Shown here in pieces: positions 48,096-58,042 of a stretch of DNA of 64,000 bases; position 1 is the stretch's first letter; each line of letters begins with the position of its first letter. This stretch comes from Blastocladiella emersonii ATCC 22665. Lineage: Eukaryota; Fungi; Blastocladiomycota. The notes under the pieces are model-generated. The model saw only the letters and a list, made by a program, of their open reading frames with translations. It searched no databases and was not told the DNA's origin. The translations under genes were made by a program, and so were the position numbers. The stretch lies in the NCBI GenBank assembly GCA_025594325.1, contig JANHCV010000008.1, forward strand, positions 1,364,001 to 1,428,000. Reading direction: 5' to 3'.

Positions 48096-48335
48096 GAAGG
48101 AGCACGTCGCAAGAGCCCCGGAAACACCGCTTATCCGTGGGATCCAGCTACGTAGAGTCACCGACTAGACCGGCAGGTTGCCTGCGATGGCCCACAAGAT
48201 TGCTTCCACTGTGAAGGTCACGACGGACGCCAAACTCGATGTTCGGGGTGCCCAACAATACTTGTGCGTTTATTTTGTCCGATTTGACTTAAAAGGAAAC
48301 CCGGGCCTTGCGAGGTGCGGGCTTGGGACCCGAGC

Positions 48336-48356
48336 GACGCGTCGAAATATCACGTC
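48336..48356 (+). promoter_or_regulatory. Composite element upstream of LRR family copy 3
   Basis: GACGCGTC-gaaatat-CACGTC, 106 bp before ATG. Confidence 0.65.
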
Positions 48357-48461
48357 TTGATCACGCGACCGCATTTTGGGGCGGACCACCTGTGATGACG
48401 CGGGCGGCGCCCGAACGCCTTCGCTCCTCCTTCGCAACACCGAACCATATGCAACGACACC

Positions 48462-50149
48462 ATGAAACTTGATGCAACGCTCGTGCTCGAGGACATGCTC
48501 GTCCGCGCAGTCCGGCTACACGACGCGGCCGACCGCGACGGGCTGGCGCAATACGCTCGGGTCCTTCCCCGCTGCCACGCCCCTCGCGTGTATCCCGCTA
48601 TCGTTGATCATGTTCTTGATAAGATTCCAATGGTGGAAGCCGCTGCGAGAGGCCACATCTTTGCTCTCAACATGTGGCTTTCCAGCGGCCGGCCGCTCCC
48701 CGATCACAGTGACTTGCTGCATTTCGCCAGTTTTGCGAAGCGCATTGATGTGATTGACTGGTGGGGCAGCTTGGGCCTACCTTTAAGCAATCTCGGCTGG
48801 GGCGAGCACGAACAGTTGCTTCATGTTCTCTTGGACGCGAACCCGCCTTGGCTGGCTCAGGTCCAGCGCAACCAAAACTCTGTACTTTGTGCTAAAATTG
48901 TCGTGTTCTGCATCCGCTCAGCTGTTAGCCGGTCTAGGACGACGCGAAGCTTACTCTTGGCGATCTCTATGCGAGACACTTGAGCGAGAAAGTTGCCTCG
49001 GGTGCTCTCACGCACTTGGTCATTTCTGCTGTTCGCTTTACGGACTTCTCAGCCAGTATCTTGGCCAATGCACTCGCCAGTCCAGCTCAGCGAGTCGAGA
49101 CAATCGAAATTAACGGGTCGTGTCTCTCGTTCTCACACCTCGCGAAGATTCTCTCGCCGAGCACGGCGAGGATGGTCAAGCTCGAATCCAACTACTTTAC
49201 GGACGAGAGTGCTTGTGATACCGACAACCCGCGTCGATGGCTGCCAGAGACCGTAGGGGAGCTCCTCTTTGAGTGCGGCGTCACCGAATCGTGGTTTTTA
49301 CCATCCGCGCTCCTCTTTCGCAACATGCCGTCTTCGCTCCGCAAGCTCACCTTGTCGAAATTGCAAGGCGAATTCGATGAGTTTACTCACATGGCAGACG
49401 GACTGCCCCGTGGACTGACCTCCTTCAAGTTGGCCGATACTTGCATTTATTACGATGACTGCACCTTGCTCATGTCGTCCCTACCATCCACGATCCAGGA
49501 GCTCACAGTCAAGCTGCCCGAACCGAATGAGGATTCCATGTCCGCCATCGTCAAAAGTCTTCCGCAAACGCTCCTCAAACTGGACTTGGGTAGCCCACTT
49601 GGCAGCGAAGGCGCCCGCATTCTCGCCACTCGCATGCCACCAGGTTTGGCGCACCTACGCCTGTCACAGTGCGAGCTCGTTGGGGATGAACTATGCGAGC
49701 TCATGAGCAATCTGCCGTCGACGCTGGAGACACTTGCGCTGTACGACGACTTTGAGCTGAGCGACGGATGCGTTGCGGCGCTCGCGCGGAACTGGTCGCC
49801 GTCGCTACTCCAGCTTGATTTATCTTTTGCCACCATGAGCCGTTCGGGCGTCCTACAGCTTGGCGCACGGGTTTCATCGACTCAGCTAAGAGAGCTGCGG
49901 CTCGACGGCATCGCTGCGATTGATACAGACACTGCGCTTACGATCCTCGACCGGCTGCCCAGCTCGCTCACGTTACTAGGTTTGAGCCACCAGCGACTCG
50001 ATGACGCGTTCTTGCGGGGTTTCGGCGAGCGGGTTGCTGCGGGGCGCCGCTTTCCCGCGATCCTCGCGTGCAGCAACGCATTCTCACGACTGGCCATTGA
50101 AGGGCACCGGGCCGTGATTTGGCCGAACGGAAGCTTGATGGTTGAATAA
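48462..50149 (+). CDS. Ankyrin-like + RNI-type LRR family C, copy 3 (apparently intact, ~536 aa)
   Basis: One phase-0 intron (donor 48861 or 48882, acceptor 48937) joins ORFs 48462 and 48980; about 9 LPxxLxxLxL repeats. Confidence 0.78.
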
Positions 50150-50559
50150 ATACCGTACCCATCCCGCTCAATCGAGCGAGTGTATCCACTCAGTAGTCGG
50201 CGCTCGACTCCGGCGATGGGTTTGCAGTGAAGGCGCCGCGTCCCTTCGCGCAACGATCATGAGCGAGCCCGGCGTGCGCGGGCGCGTCATTGCGCGGCGA
50301 TCACCGCCACGTGAGAGAGGTTGGTTGCGCCTGATTGTCGCTGTCAGCCGGCGGACCTTCCGTTCCACACAACGCATATCGTTTTTTTTTTCAGGCCGCA
50401 TCTGCGCTCCGACCTTCGACCCTCACATCTTGCTGTCGCTCTCATACCGCTCAGCAGACAACTAGGGTACGTTTGATGGAGCTCCTATCTCAGAGGTAAC
50501 CGCGGCACCCGCTGGCATCTCTCGACTGATCCACATTGCACGCAATCGAGCAACCCATA

Positions 50560-52035
50560 CTACTCGTCGCGCACCCATCCGCGCCTCACCGCGACCCGGA
50601 ACGCCTCAAGCCACACGTCGCGCACGACCTCGAGCGCCCAATCCGAACGATGGAGTGGCAATGCGATAAGCGCGGCCAGTAGCTCCGCGCACTGCTCGGC
50701 CTGGTCCCGGTCCATATCGCGACGCAGCCAGCGCGCCTGGTCGTCCACCTTGCGGCGCAAACGCTGCATGGCGCGGATCAGGTCGTTCGAAGCACATTGC
50801 GCGCGCCAGACGTCGGGCGGAACGGAAATGGATGCGACGTGAAGCCCAGCAGCAAGGATGCTCCCATACGACCGGGCGCGACGAAGTTTGCGGCACTCCT
50901 CGGCTGTGTGAGAGGCGGCGTTCCACCGTTCGCAATCCAGCGACGCGCAAAACTCGCAGCGGCCACCTGCGCTGGTCCGACTACGACGCGACGCACGGGC
51001 ATCGTTTCGCGACGGCGGGAGTTGAGGGCGGTCGGACACTGTGAATGACGCAAGGCACGCGGCCATGTCCGCGACCGTCTTGGACGGGTCGGCGATGAGA
51101 TCCAGAATCGAGCTGGAAGCCACGTCGCCAAACGACTCGTAGATTCGGTTAGAGAATACCTGCTTCACTTGGCGCTCGCTGCCAATCTTGGGGTCCTCGA
51201 CATCAATCACTTCGGCGACCAGGGCACGGAAGTCGGCAATGAACTCGGTCACGGTGCCGCTGGGCCTCCCGCGCAACCCGTGAAACCGCTGGACCCAGTC
51301 GCGGTTCCAGTCCGGGTTCGCAGCGTTCAGGAACACGCGCCGTGCTTCCGCATCGGACGCCGTCTCGCGCAGGAGGAGCGCGTACACGTTGTACAATGGC
51401 TTTGTGAGATTGTACCGCGACAAGTACAGTGCTTGGGCCAGCGGAATGGAGCGCGCGAGGTCTTGCAAGGCGTGAAGAAACTCGGTTGCGCTGTGAGCAA
51501 CGTGCATGTGCTTTGGGCCGCGGATCCCAAGCAGTGGCGCCTGCTCGCGGATCAGCTGGAAGCAGGTCGTAGCATACGAGCTACGCGAGTGGTGGGGATG
51601 CGGACCAAGGGGCATGCGCGGCGGTGCAGGTGCATGAGCCTGTTTGAGAGCGGTTTTTGGCGGTCGAACGGGTTCGCAGGACTTGAGTGAGCGCGCTTGC
51701 GCGCGACGCTGCTCGATCTCACGATTCAACGTCTCTAACTCGTCGATGGCGGTCGCGAGCTCGGCTGAAAGCGACACTGGCACTCGCTGCGGCTGGGCGA
51801 ATGTGGGCGCGTGCGTGACGCAACGTTCAAGCGACAAGTGGATCAAGCGGAGCCGGAGGTCCATGAGCTGATAAGTGACGGCTTCCAGTAGCCGCGAGAG
51901 CTCTGATTTGCTGGTTGGCAGCTTGGCTGAGGACATAAAGCGAGCGAGCGCCGGCGGGACTTTCTCGCCTTGCTCGCGTCCCAGGAAAGAAAATAGCTTT
52001 GGAAATCCGTTGCCTGAAGTCTGTGAAGCTTTCAT
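50560..52035 (-). CDS. Gag-like orphan family A, copy 8 (intact, ~491 aa)
   Basis: Open ORF with all family motifs; CEFC-x12-H-x4-C. Confidence 0.85.
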   Translation of the reverse strand: MKASQTSGNGFPKLFSFLGREQGEKVPPALARFMSSAKLPTSKSELSRLLEAVTYQLMDLRLRLIHLSLERCVTHAPTFAQPQRVPVSLSAELATAIDELETLNREIEQRRAQARSLKSCEPVRPPKTALKQAHAPAPPRMPLGPHPHHSRSSYATTCFQLIREQAPLLGIRGPKHMHVAHSATEFLHALQDLARSIPLAQALYLSRYNLTKPLYNVYALLLRETASDAEARRVFLNAANPDWNRDWVQRFHGLRGRPSGTVTEFIADFRALVAEVIDVEDPKIGSERQVKQVFSNRIYESFGDVASSSILDLIADPSKTVADMAACLASFTVSDRPQLPPSRNDARASRRSRTSAGGRCEFCASLDCERWNAASHTAEECRKLRRARSYGSILAAGLHVASISVPPDVWRAQCASNDLIRAMQRLRRKVDDQARWLRRDMDRDQAEQCAELLAALIALPLHRSDWALEVVRDVWLEAFRVAVRRGWVRDE

Positions 52036-52295
52036 CACTGCGTCGATGGTAGAACATGCGTCGGAAGAGAGGCGAAGCGGTCAGTCGTTGACGAGGATGG
52101 GCGACCAGCAGCGCCACACTTGCGCCACACATCACATCCCGGAACGGAGCGCGTCGTTCATCGACCGTAGCGGGGCTCCATCGCGCACAAAGCACCTGAT
52201 TAAAACGCGCATCGCACAGGAGTCAGTGGTGTCAAGTTCCGGCGGGGTCGACCTTAGTTTGAAGCCGAGCGGGAGGTGAGGCAAGCGTAAAGCTA

Positions 52296-52370
52296 GTGTA
52301 TTCCTGCCTTCGGGCCCGAACCAGGGTAGGGTGAAGGAGAGAGGAGAACAAAGCGGGGAGCGGCGCCGCG
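52296..52370. repeat. Degenerate fragment related to the chromovirus LTR
   Basis: GTATTCCTGCCTTCGGGCCCGAACC...GGAGAACAAAGCGGG resembles the LTR core TATTCCTGCCTTCGGCCCCGAACC...ATAACAAAGCAGGG. Confidence 0.55.
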
Positions 52371-52747
52371 TGGGCGCAAGGTTGGTGATGTGGACGTGGG
52401 CCACACTGTCCTACGCCACACTGTTCGCTCTGCCGACTTGTCTCGCAGCTTTCGTCTCAGCCACATTGCGTGACCGGCGTGACCGCTGGCGACGCGACGC
52501 GTTGCTCCAAAGTGCAACCTCCGACCGAGGGGCCACTGCATGAAGGAGCAGAATGGAGTAAGGAGACGCTGCCTTTGCTTCGTTCATGGTCGAAAGAGGG
52601 ACCGATCATGTAAGGGCCCGTTTGGTTCCGGGGTGAATCAGGTGGATCAATCGATTTTACACGGTCCGGTGTTCACCCAGCTGAAACGTGGCATTTTCAC
52701 CCCGTCGCGTTCATCGCGGCGTTTGGTTCGACCCCCGGGTGAGCTGA

Positions 52748-53212
52748 ATGGAACCCTCGTCGCTGAATCGCCCGTCTGCTCGCCCCCGAAACCTTCAGGC
52801 TGTGCTCCCCGGCCTATATAAACGCCGTTTTCCTTCGTGGGGCAGCTCGACCACCACCGGCGAGTACTCGCACCTCAAGCAGGACGGCAAGGAGTCTGGT
52901 GACGTGGAAGGTGTCGATGGTCAAGACGACGCGGCCCCCGCCAGCAAGCGCAGCCGCACTTCGGACAGCAGCTCGCGTCGCCTCTCGGACTCGGAATTCC
53001 TCATGGGCATCAAGGAGGTGTTCCAGAACGTCTCGACCGCCGACTCCAAGCCCGTTCTGACCGCCGCACTTGAATGGGTCCAGGACGCGTACAATGACAA
53101 TGAAGAGTACCAGATCGACGTCGCCACCCGCCTGACCGAGGATCAAGCGCTTCGCGCCATGGCCGTGTCCGGACCGAAGCGCAAGCGCGTCCTCGAGTTT
53201 TTCATTCAGTAG
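52748..53212 (+). pseudogene. Remnant C-terminus of the Harbinger accessory ORF
   Basis: Convergent to the transposase inside the TIRs; no Myb/SANT domain visible. Confidence 0.45.
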
Positions 53213-53379
53213 CTCTCTCGCACATGTCCCCCTCCCTCGCGTTGCTTCCTGGCCTTGTTCTCGCCCATTTGTGTCCAATACATCTGGCTTTGTGTCCATC
53301 GTATCTTCAATCGTTACCCTTCGCTCAAAAATGACGCGACTCGTTGAGAAACGCGTGGTTCTCGAAGTGTCTCACACGT

Positions 53380-53400
53380 CACGTGATTGATCGACGCGTC
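53380..53400 (-). promoter_or_regulatory. Composite element carried inside the Harbinger
   Basis: CACGTG-attgatc-GACGCGTC; flanked by extra ACGCGT sites (~53351, ~53427). Confidence 0.55.
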
Positions 53401-53524
53401 TCCACCGATGCGTTCTGACCTCAGCGACGCGTCAAATCATCTGGAATCGCTTATCTAACGTTATAGTACTTGACAAATCAGTATATTACAGCATGCATGC
53501 GGGTACAACAATTATTTCGCGCCT

Positions 53525-54842
53525 TCAAAGACGGGTCCCACGAGCGGCCATGACGCGCCTGTACTCGGTCCAAAGAACATTTGCGATGCGGTTCCGAAGC
53601 GAGATACCGCGCTGACGAGCTCCGTCCAGGGAGGCCTCGAGGACAGCGGCCTCGTCGTCCTCCTCGTTCTCGTCGTTCAGGGGCTCGCGCCCACGCACTG
53701 GCGCCTCACGCGCCGCGTCCCGCGCGCGCCGGAGCTCCGTCTCGGCGTCGCGAAAGAAGGTGTCGCCGCCTTGGTTCCACTTGTTGATCATGTTGTGCAG
53801 CGTGCAGAGCGCGTACACAAGCTTGACTTGAGTCTTGATTGGGTAGGCCGCGCCAATCGAGAGGACGCGGAACCGCTTCTTGAGCACGCCAAAGATATGC
53901 TCAATGGAGTTGCGGAGCGACGCGTGACGCAGATTGAAAAGCTCTTCGCGGTTCTTAACTCTACCTACGTTGGTGAAGCAGATGAGATGGCGCCAACGTG
54001 ATGGTCATGGCAGTGAGAACGTACCCATCCTTGCCGCGGGCAAACTCGCGAAGATGATAGCGGGTACCGCTGAAGGGCACGATGATGGACGTGCGGTTTG
54101 CGTAGCCGCCGTCGGCGAGGTAGAAGCGGCCGGCGGGGATCTTGAACCCACGGGCGAAGGCGTCCGAGAGCACGCGCGAGTCATGCGCCTTGCCCTCCCA
54201 CCCTGCGAGAACGTAGGTGAAGTTCAAGTCAAAGTCGCAGGCAGCGAGGACATTTGAGGATATGGTCCCCTTGCGGTTTCGGAACGAGTCGTGAAGCTTA
54301 GTGGGCACAACAAACGGGATGTGCGTTCCGTCAAGCGCGCCGACCGCGTTCTGGAACGGAGCGTATTTCGGGTCGTGGGCGATGCGCTCATGCACGGGCG
54401 TAGAGTCGGACGGCTGGACAATGAACTCGGGCATCAGGCGGTACAGAGCGTCGAGCACTTGCTTCAGAACCCTGGACGCGGTCTCGCCAGAGATTTGGAA
54501 CCGCTCCCTGAGGTTGCGGTTGGTGCTGCCCTCGCCGGCCATGACAAGAAAAACCATGAAGCGCGCCTCGACGGACAGCTCGCGGCCGTCGGCGAGAAGG
54601 CCACGGTCGCGGAACAGGCGGCAGATGGCCTTGAAGGTCTCGCGGGGCATACGGGCGATTTCCGAAAAACGCGTTTCGCTGTTGCACGTCAGCAGCTCTT
54701 GAACCCACGACTCGCCGGAAAGCGTGGACGTGCGGATAGGCTCCCACGAGCGGCGCTCGTTGCGAGCAGCGAGACGTCGCAGGAGAGCGAGGGCGGCTGT
54801 GAGCATTAGGCCGCGCAGCTTGCGGTTGTATCCCTTGCCCAT
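53525..54842 (-). CDS. Harbinger/PIF DDE transposase (~417 aa, one intron)
   Basis: GALDGTHIP, YVLAGWEGKAHDSRV, YLADGGY, ELFNLRHASLRNSIEHIFGVLKKRF; intron 54024-53961 restores the frame. Confidence 0.9.
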
Positions 54843-55229
54843 GTTGTTTGAGGGCTCGAGAACACGATGCGTGAGGTTAGGTGTTGATTCGTTGCAATAA
54901 GTGCGGCTGCAAAGAGGTGGGAAAGATTTTATTGCGGGGGGGCGTTCATCCAGCGGGGCGTTTGGTTCGCACGGCCGCTGAGATGAACGGGGGTGAGGTG
55001 AAACGTGGCAACTTTTTCAGCTGATCCACCTGATCTGAACCAAACGGGCCCTAAGGTAGGTAGTACTAGCTGGGCGCCCTCCTCGAACTCACGTTCAGCG
55101 CACACGTCGCTCAGCGCACACGTCGCTCAGCGCAAATGTCGCGCAGCGCCTTATTCCCGGGCCGTTCAATCTGACTCTCGCAGGGTTCAAGACTTGCTAG
55201 CGACGCGGACACCTTACACAAGATCGCCA

Positions 55230-55830
55230 CCGCTCCCGCGTTTCCTATCGCGTTTCCCGCAAGCGCGAGGTGCTCGAGCTTCGAAAGGATCTGTGCTGCG
55301 AGTGCTCGAGCGCCCGCGTCGTCGAGCCGACATCCCGCGAAGTTGAGGCGAGCATGACCGCGCGGCAGAAGATTTCGGTTCCTGCGTCGCCGATCGGGTA
55401 GCCGCCGAGCGTGAGGTCCACGAGCACACCGCCAAAATAGCCGGTGAGCTTGGCGGTGCCCAGTTTCACAATCCGTTTGCTATGTAGGTACAGCTCAGCG
55501 AAGCCGGGCGGTATGTCCTCGCCAAACGCGGCCGCGACCATCTCACCGAGCGCGTTGTGCGACAGGTCGAGCACGGCCACCGACGGCGGCAGCTGGTTAG
55601 CGACAAACTTCGCCAGTGCCCGCTTCTTCAGGCGCGTTGCTCGAGACGTGCAGCTGCGTCAGAGACTCTGTCAGCGAGCCGGCGAGGACGAGCAGGCCGG
55701 TGTCCGAGATCCGGTTGATGCTGAGGTCGAGTTACGCGTACAAGGCCGGTATGCGTGGTGCGAGGAGGCACATGACAGTGTTGGTGATGCGGTAGCCGGC
55801 GAGCAGGAGCGCAGTCGTGCCCAGGGCGGG
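55230..55830 (-). pseudogene. Degraded RNI-type LRR gene
   Basis: NQLPPSVAVLDLSHNALGE...VDLTLGGYPIGDAGTEIFC; stops and frameshifts upstream. Confidence 0.65.
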
Positions 55831-55979
55831 CTATTTGGCGACGGCCGCGTCGCTGACATTGTTGCGCAGCTAGCGATCGGAGTACCTTGCACGAATTCAA
55901 AACATCTAGGCTTGTCGCTTGCCTTTATTGAGCAATAGAGCAGGACAGAGCATGCCTCTGGCGAGGGAGCGGCCCGAAA

Positions 55980-56000
55980 GACGCGTCGATCAAACACGCG
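55980..56000 (+). promoter_or_regulatory. Composite element upstream of family B copy 3
   Basis: GACGCGTC-gatcaaa-CACGCG, 82 bp before the ATG at 56082. Confidence 0.6.
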
Positions 56001-56081
56001 AGGGTCACGGGATATCGGGTCAAGCCTCGAAGAACGAACGCCGCTTCCGTCCGTTCGCTCTCTCACTTCCACTAACCCACC

Positions 56082-57826
56082 ATGGATCCGGCGCATAGCC
56101 CGAGTATGCAACTTCATGCAATGCACATTTTATGTCTAACCAAATACGCTAACCGACGGGACTCCCCGCGATTCAGCTCAGCGCGGGAACGCGCAGTGTC
56201 GTGAAGTAGTGGTGCAGCTTCTCTCACATCTTGGCGTGCCGGTGGGGTGAATGGTCGTGCCGCGTGGCTCAGCGCGAGACGTTTCGAGTCAAGCCACGTC
56301 CCACGCGACGCGTTTCCCATCGCGTCACGCGACGCCACTCAGACGCGTTCCCCCTCCTCGTCACCGCTGCGCGACGCGTCAACTCGGCCGCGGGCCTCGA
56401 ACCGAGCCTTCTCTCCGTCTGCTGTTCTACGAATCACACGTAACAGTCGATCGGAGCGTCGGTTCGGAGCTCGAGTGCTCACGTCGTTCGTCGCGCAGGT
56501 ACTACTCGCCGCCCTCCCATTTGTCCCCTCATGCCACTCCCCGTCGTCGTCGCTCCCTTTGGGAAGCTCCTCCTCCTCCTCTCTCGGTTATATACGGTCT
56601 GCTGTTCTACGAATCACACGTAACAGTCGATCGGAGCGTCGGTTCGGAGCTCGAGTGCTCACGTCGTTCGTCGCGCAGATTCTGGACTAGACCTCTTGCA
56701 GTACCTCTCGGTCCCCGGTCCCCCAACACCGGACGGTGGCGAAATTGCGCTCCCGGCTTCCTGCGACCCAACTTTATGCATCTACCTCTGGAAAGACTTG
56801 CTTGATCCAACGTTTGATACGTGTCCGTCCTTTGACATCGTGCAGGTGCTCCTGAGCGACGCGCTGCTGGCCCTCGATATCAATGAGCGGTCGCGATTCT
56901 TGGTCGTTCCGGTCCGCGTGGTCTCGCAGGCGCTCGAAAGCCTCAATTGCGAGTCGAGCAAGTACATCGAGGGCAGCGTCAAGTGGCACGCAGCCCCCGC
57001 CGAGTTAGCTCCAGCAATGGCCCGCACGACTCGCTTCCTTGAACAGTGGGTCGCCGATCACTTGATAGACACGCACCACTTTGTCGTACTTCCTTGCGCG
57101 GGAATTACCAAGGTCGTTTATGTGATTTGCCTCAAGCACTCCGTCTCGAACCCACCATGTGACGTGATTCGCTTTGCTGGCCCCAAGCGGGCCAGGGATG
57201 CGAATTGGCCCAACGGTTTGATAGTGGCTCTCGCAAGCAAGCTTCTCGGCGTCGACCTGTTGGATGTCCGCATGATCCACAATCTCTCCAGGTTGTGTTT
57301 GCACGAGCGCCAAGTCTGTTTTGCCTTTATCGACGCTGCCTTGAACTTTAACTCTCTCACTTACGACGCTCTTGCTGCCCTTGGTCATGGGGATGAACGA
57401 CGTACCGATATCGACCCTCCGAGCATGTCCCCGGCTTCAAGCTACTTAGACCCAAAAGGACAAGACAAAATCCACATGCAGTTCATGCAATCATTGCTTC
57501 CCTATGTCTCGCAAGCAGCCCAAGCGCGCCTTCCACTTCCGACTGAACTTGCTTCCCAAATCAACTCTTGCATTTGTCCAAGCGCGCTCAATCGTGCGCA
57601 GCCACGCGACCTTCGTGCGCGGCCAGCCCACAGCTCGACCTTTGACGCTTTATTTGGCGAGCCAACTCGGCCGGAACTTGACGCTTCTTTCTACAAACTG
57701 TCCGCTGCTCCCCTCGCTTCAGTGCCCAGGACAGAGCACCACTCGCACCAGCATCAGCTTTGTTTGGTTGCCGCTGAACAGCCTGGTCCTGCTGCCCTTG
57801 ACTCCGACCGCCTAGGTGGAGATGGA
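56082..57826 (+). pseudogene. Family B copy 3, 5' part (interrupted by a solo LTR and a full LTR element)
   Basis: MDPAHSP + phase-1 intron; ...HLGVP|solo LTR|DGGEIALPASCDP...; ORF breaks at the LTR insertion. Confidence 0.78.
56243..56728. mobile_element. Solo LTR-like insertion (486 bp)
   Basis: TG...CA ends (TGGGG.../...CCCCAACA), 4-bp CCGG duplication, internal 82-bp direct repeat (56417-56498, 56597-56678), TATA-like TTATATA; removal restores GVPDGG. Confidence 0.75.
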
Positions 57827-58042
57827 TGTTGATGCCGACAGAAGGAGGCGGGAGACAAGTAGTCAGGGATGTCTATTCCTGCCTTCGGCCCCGAACCCAA
57901 GACGGGGAGAGGGGAGAAAGGATAACAAAGCAGGGCGCGCCGCAGCGGGGTGCGGTGGCGCGGGAGCGAGGGATTGCAGGCGGCTCACGCGAGATCAGAT
58001 GATTGATCACCGCGGTCGTGGCCACATGAACGACACGCAACA

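Larger units (their letters stand above)
52614..55051. mobile_element. PIF/Harbinger DNA transposon, both ends present
   Basis: 15-bp perfect TIRs GGGCCCGTTTGGTTC (52614-52628; 55037-55051), TAA target-site duplication (52611-52613; 55052-55054), subterminal ATCAGGTGGATCA at both ends. Confidence 0.95.

Noticed and set aside
52120-52160. Possible composite element upstream of intact family A copy 8
   Set aside because: CACATC and GAGCGCGTC are present, but neither the sequence nor the 7-bp spacing fits, so it was not counted; the same applies to family B copy 1 (lone GACGCGTC at 19790)
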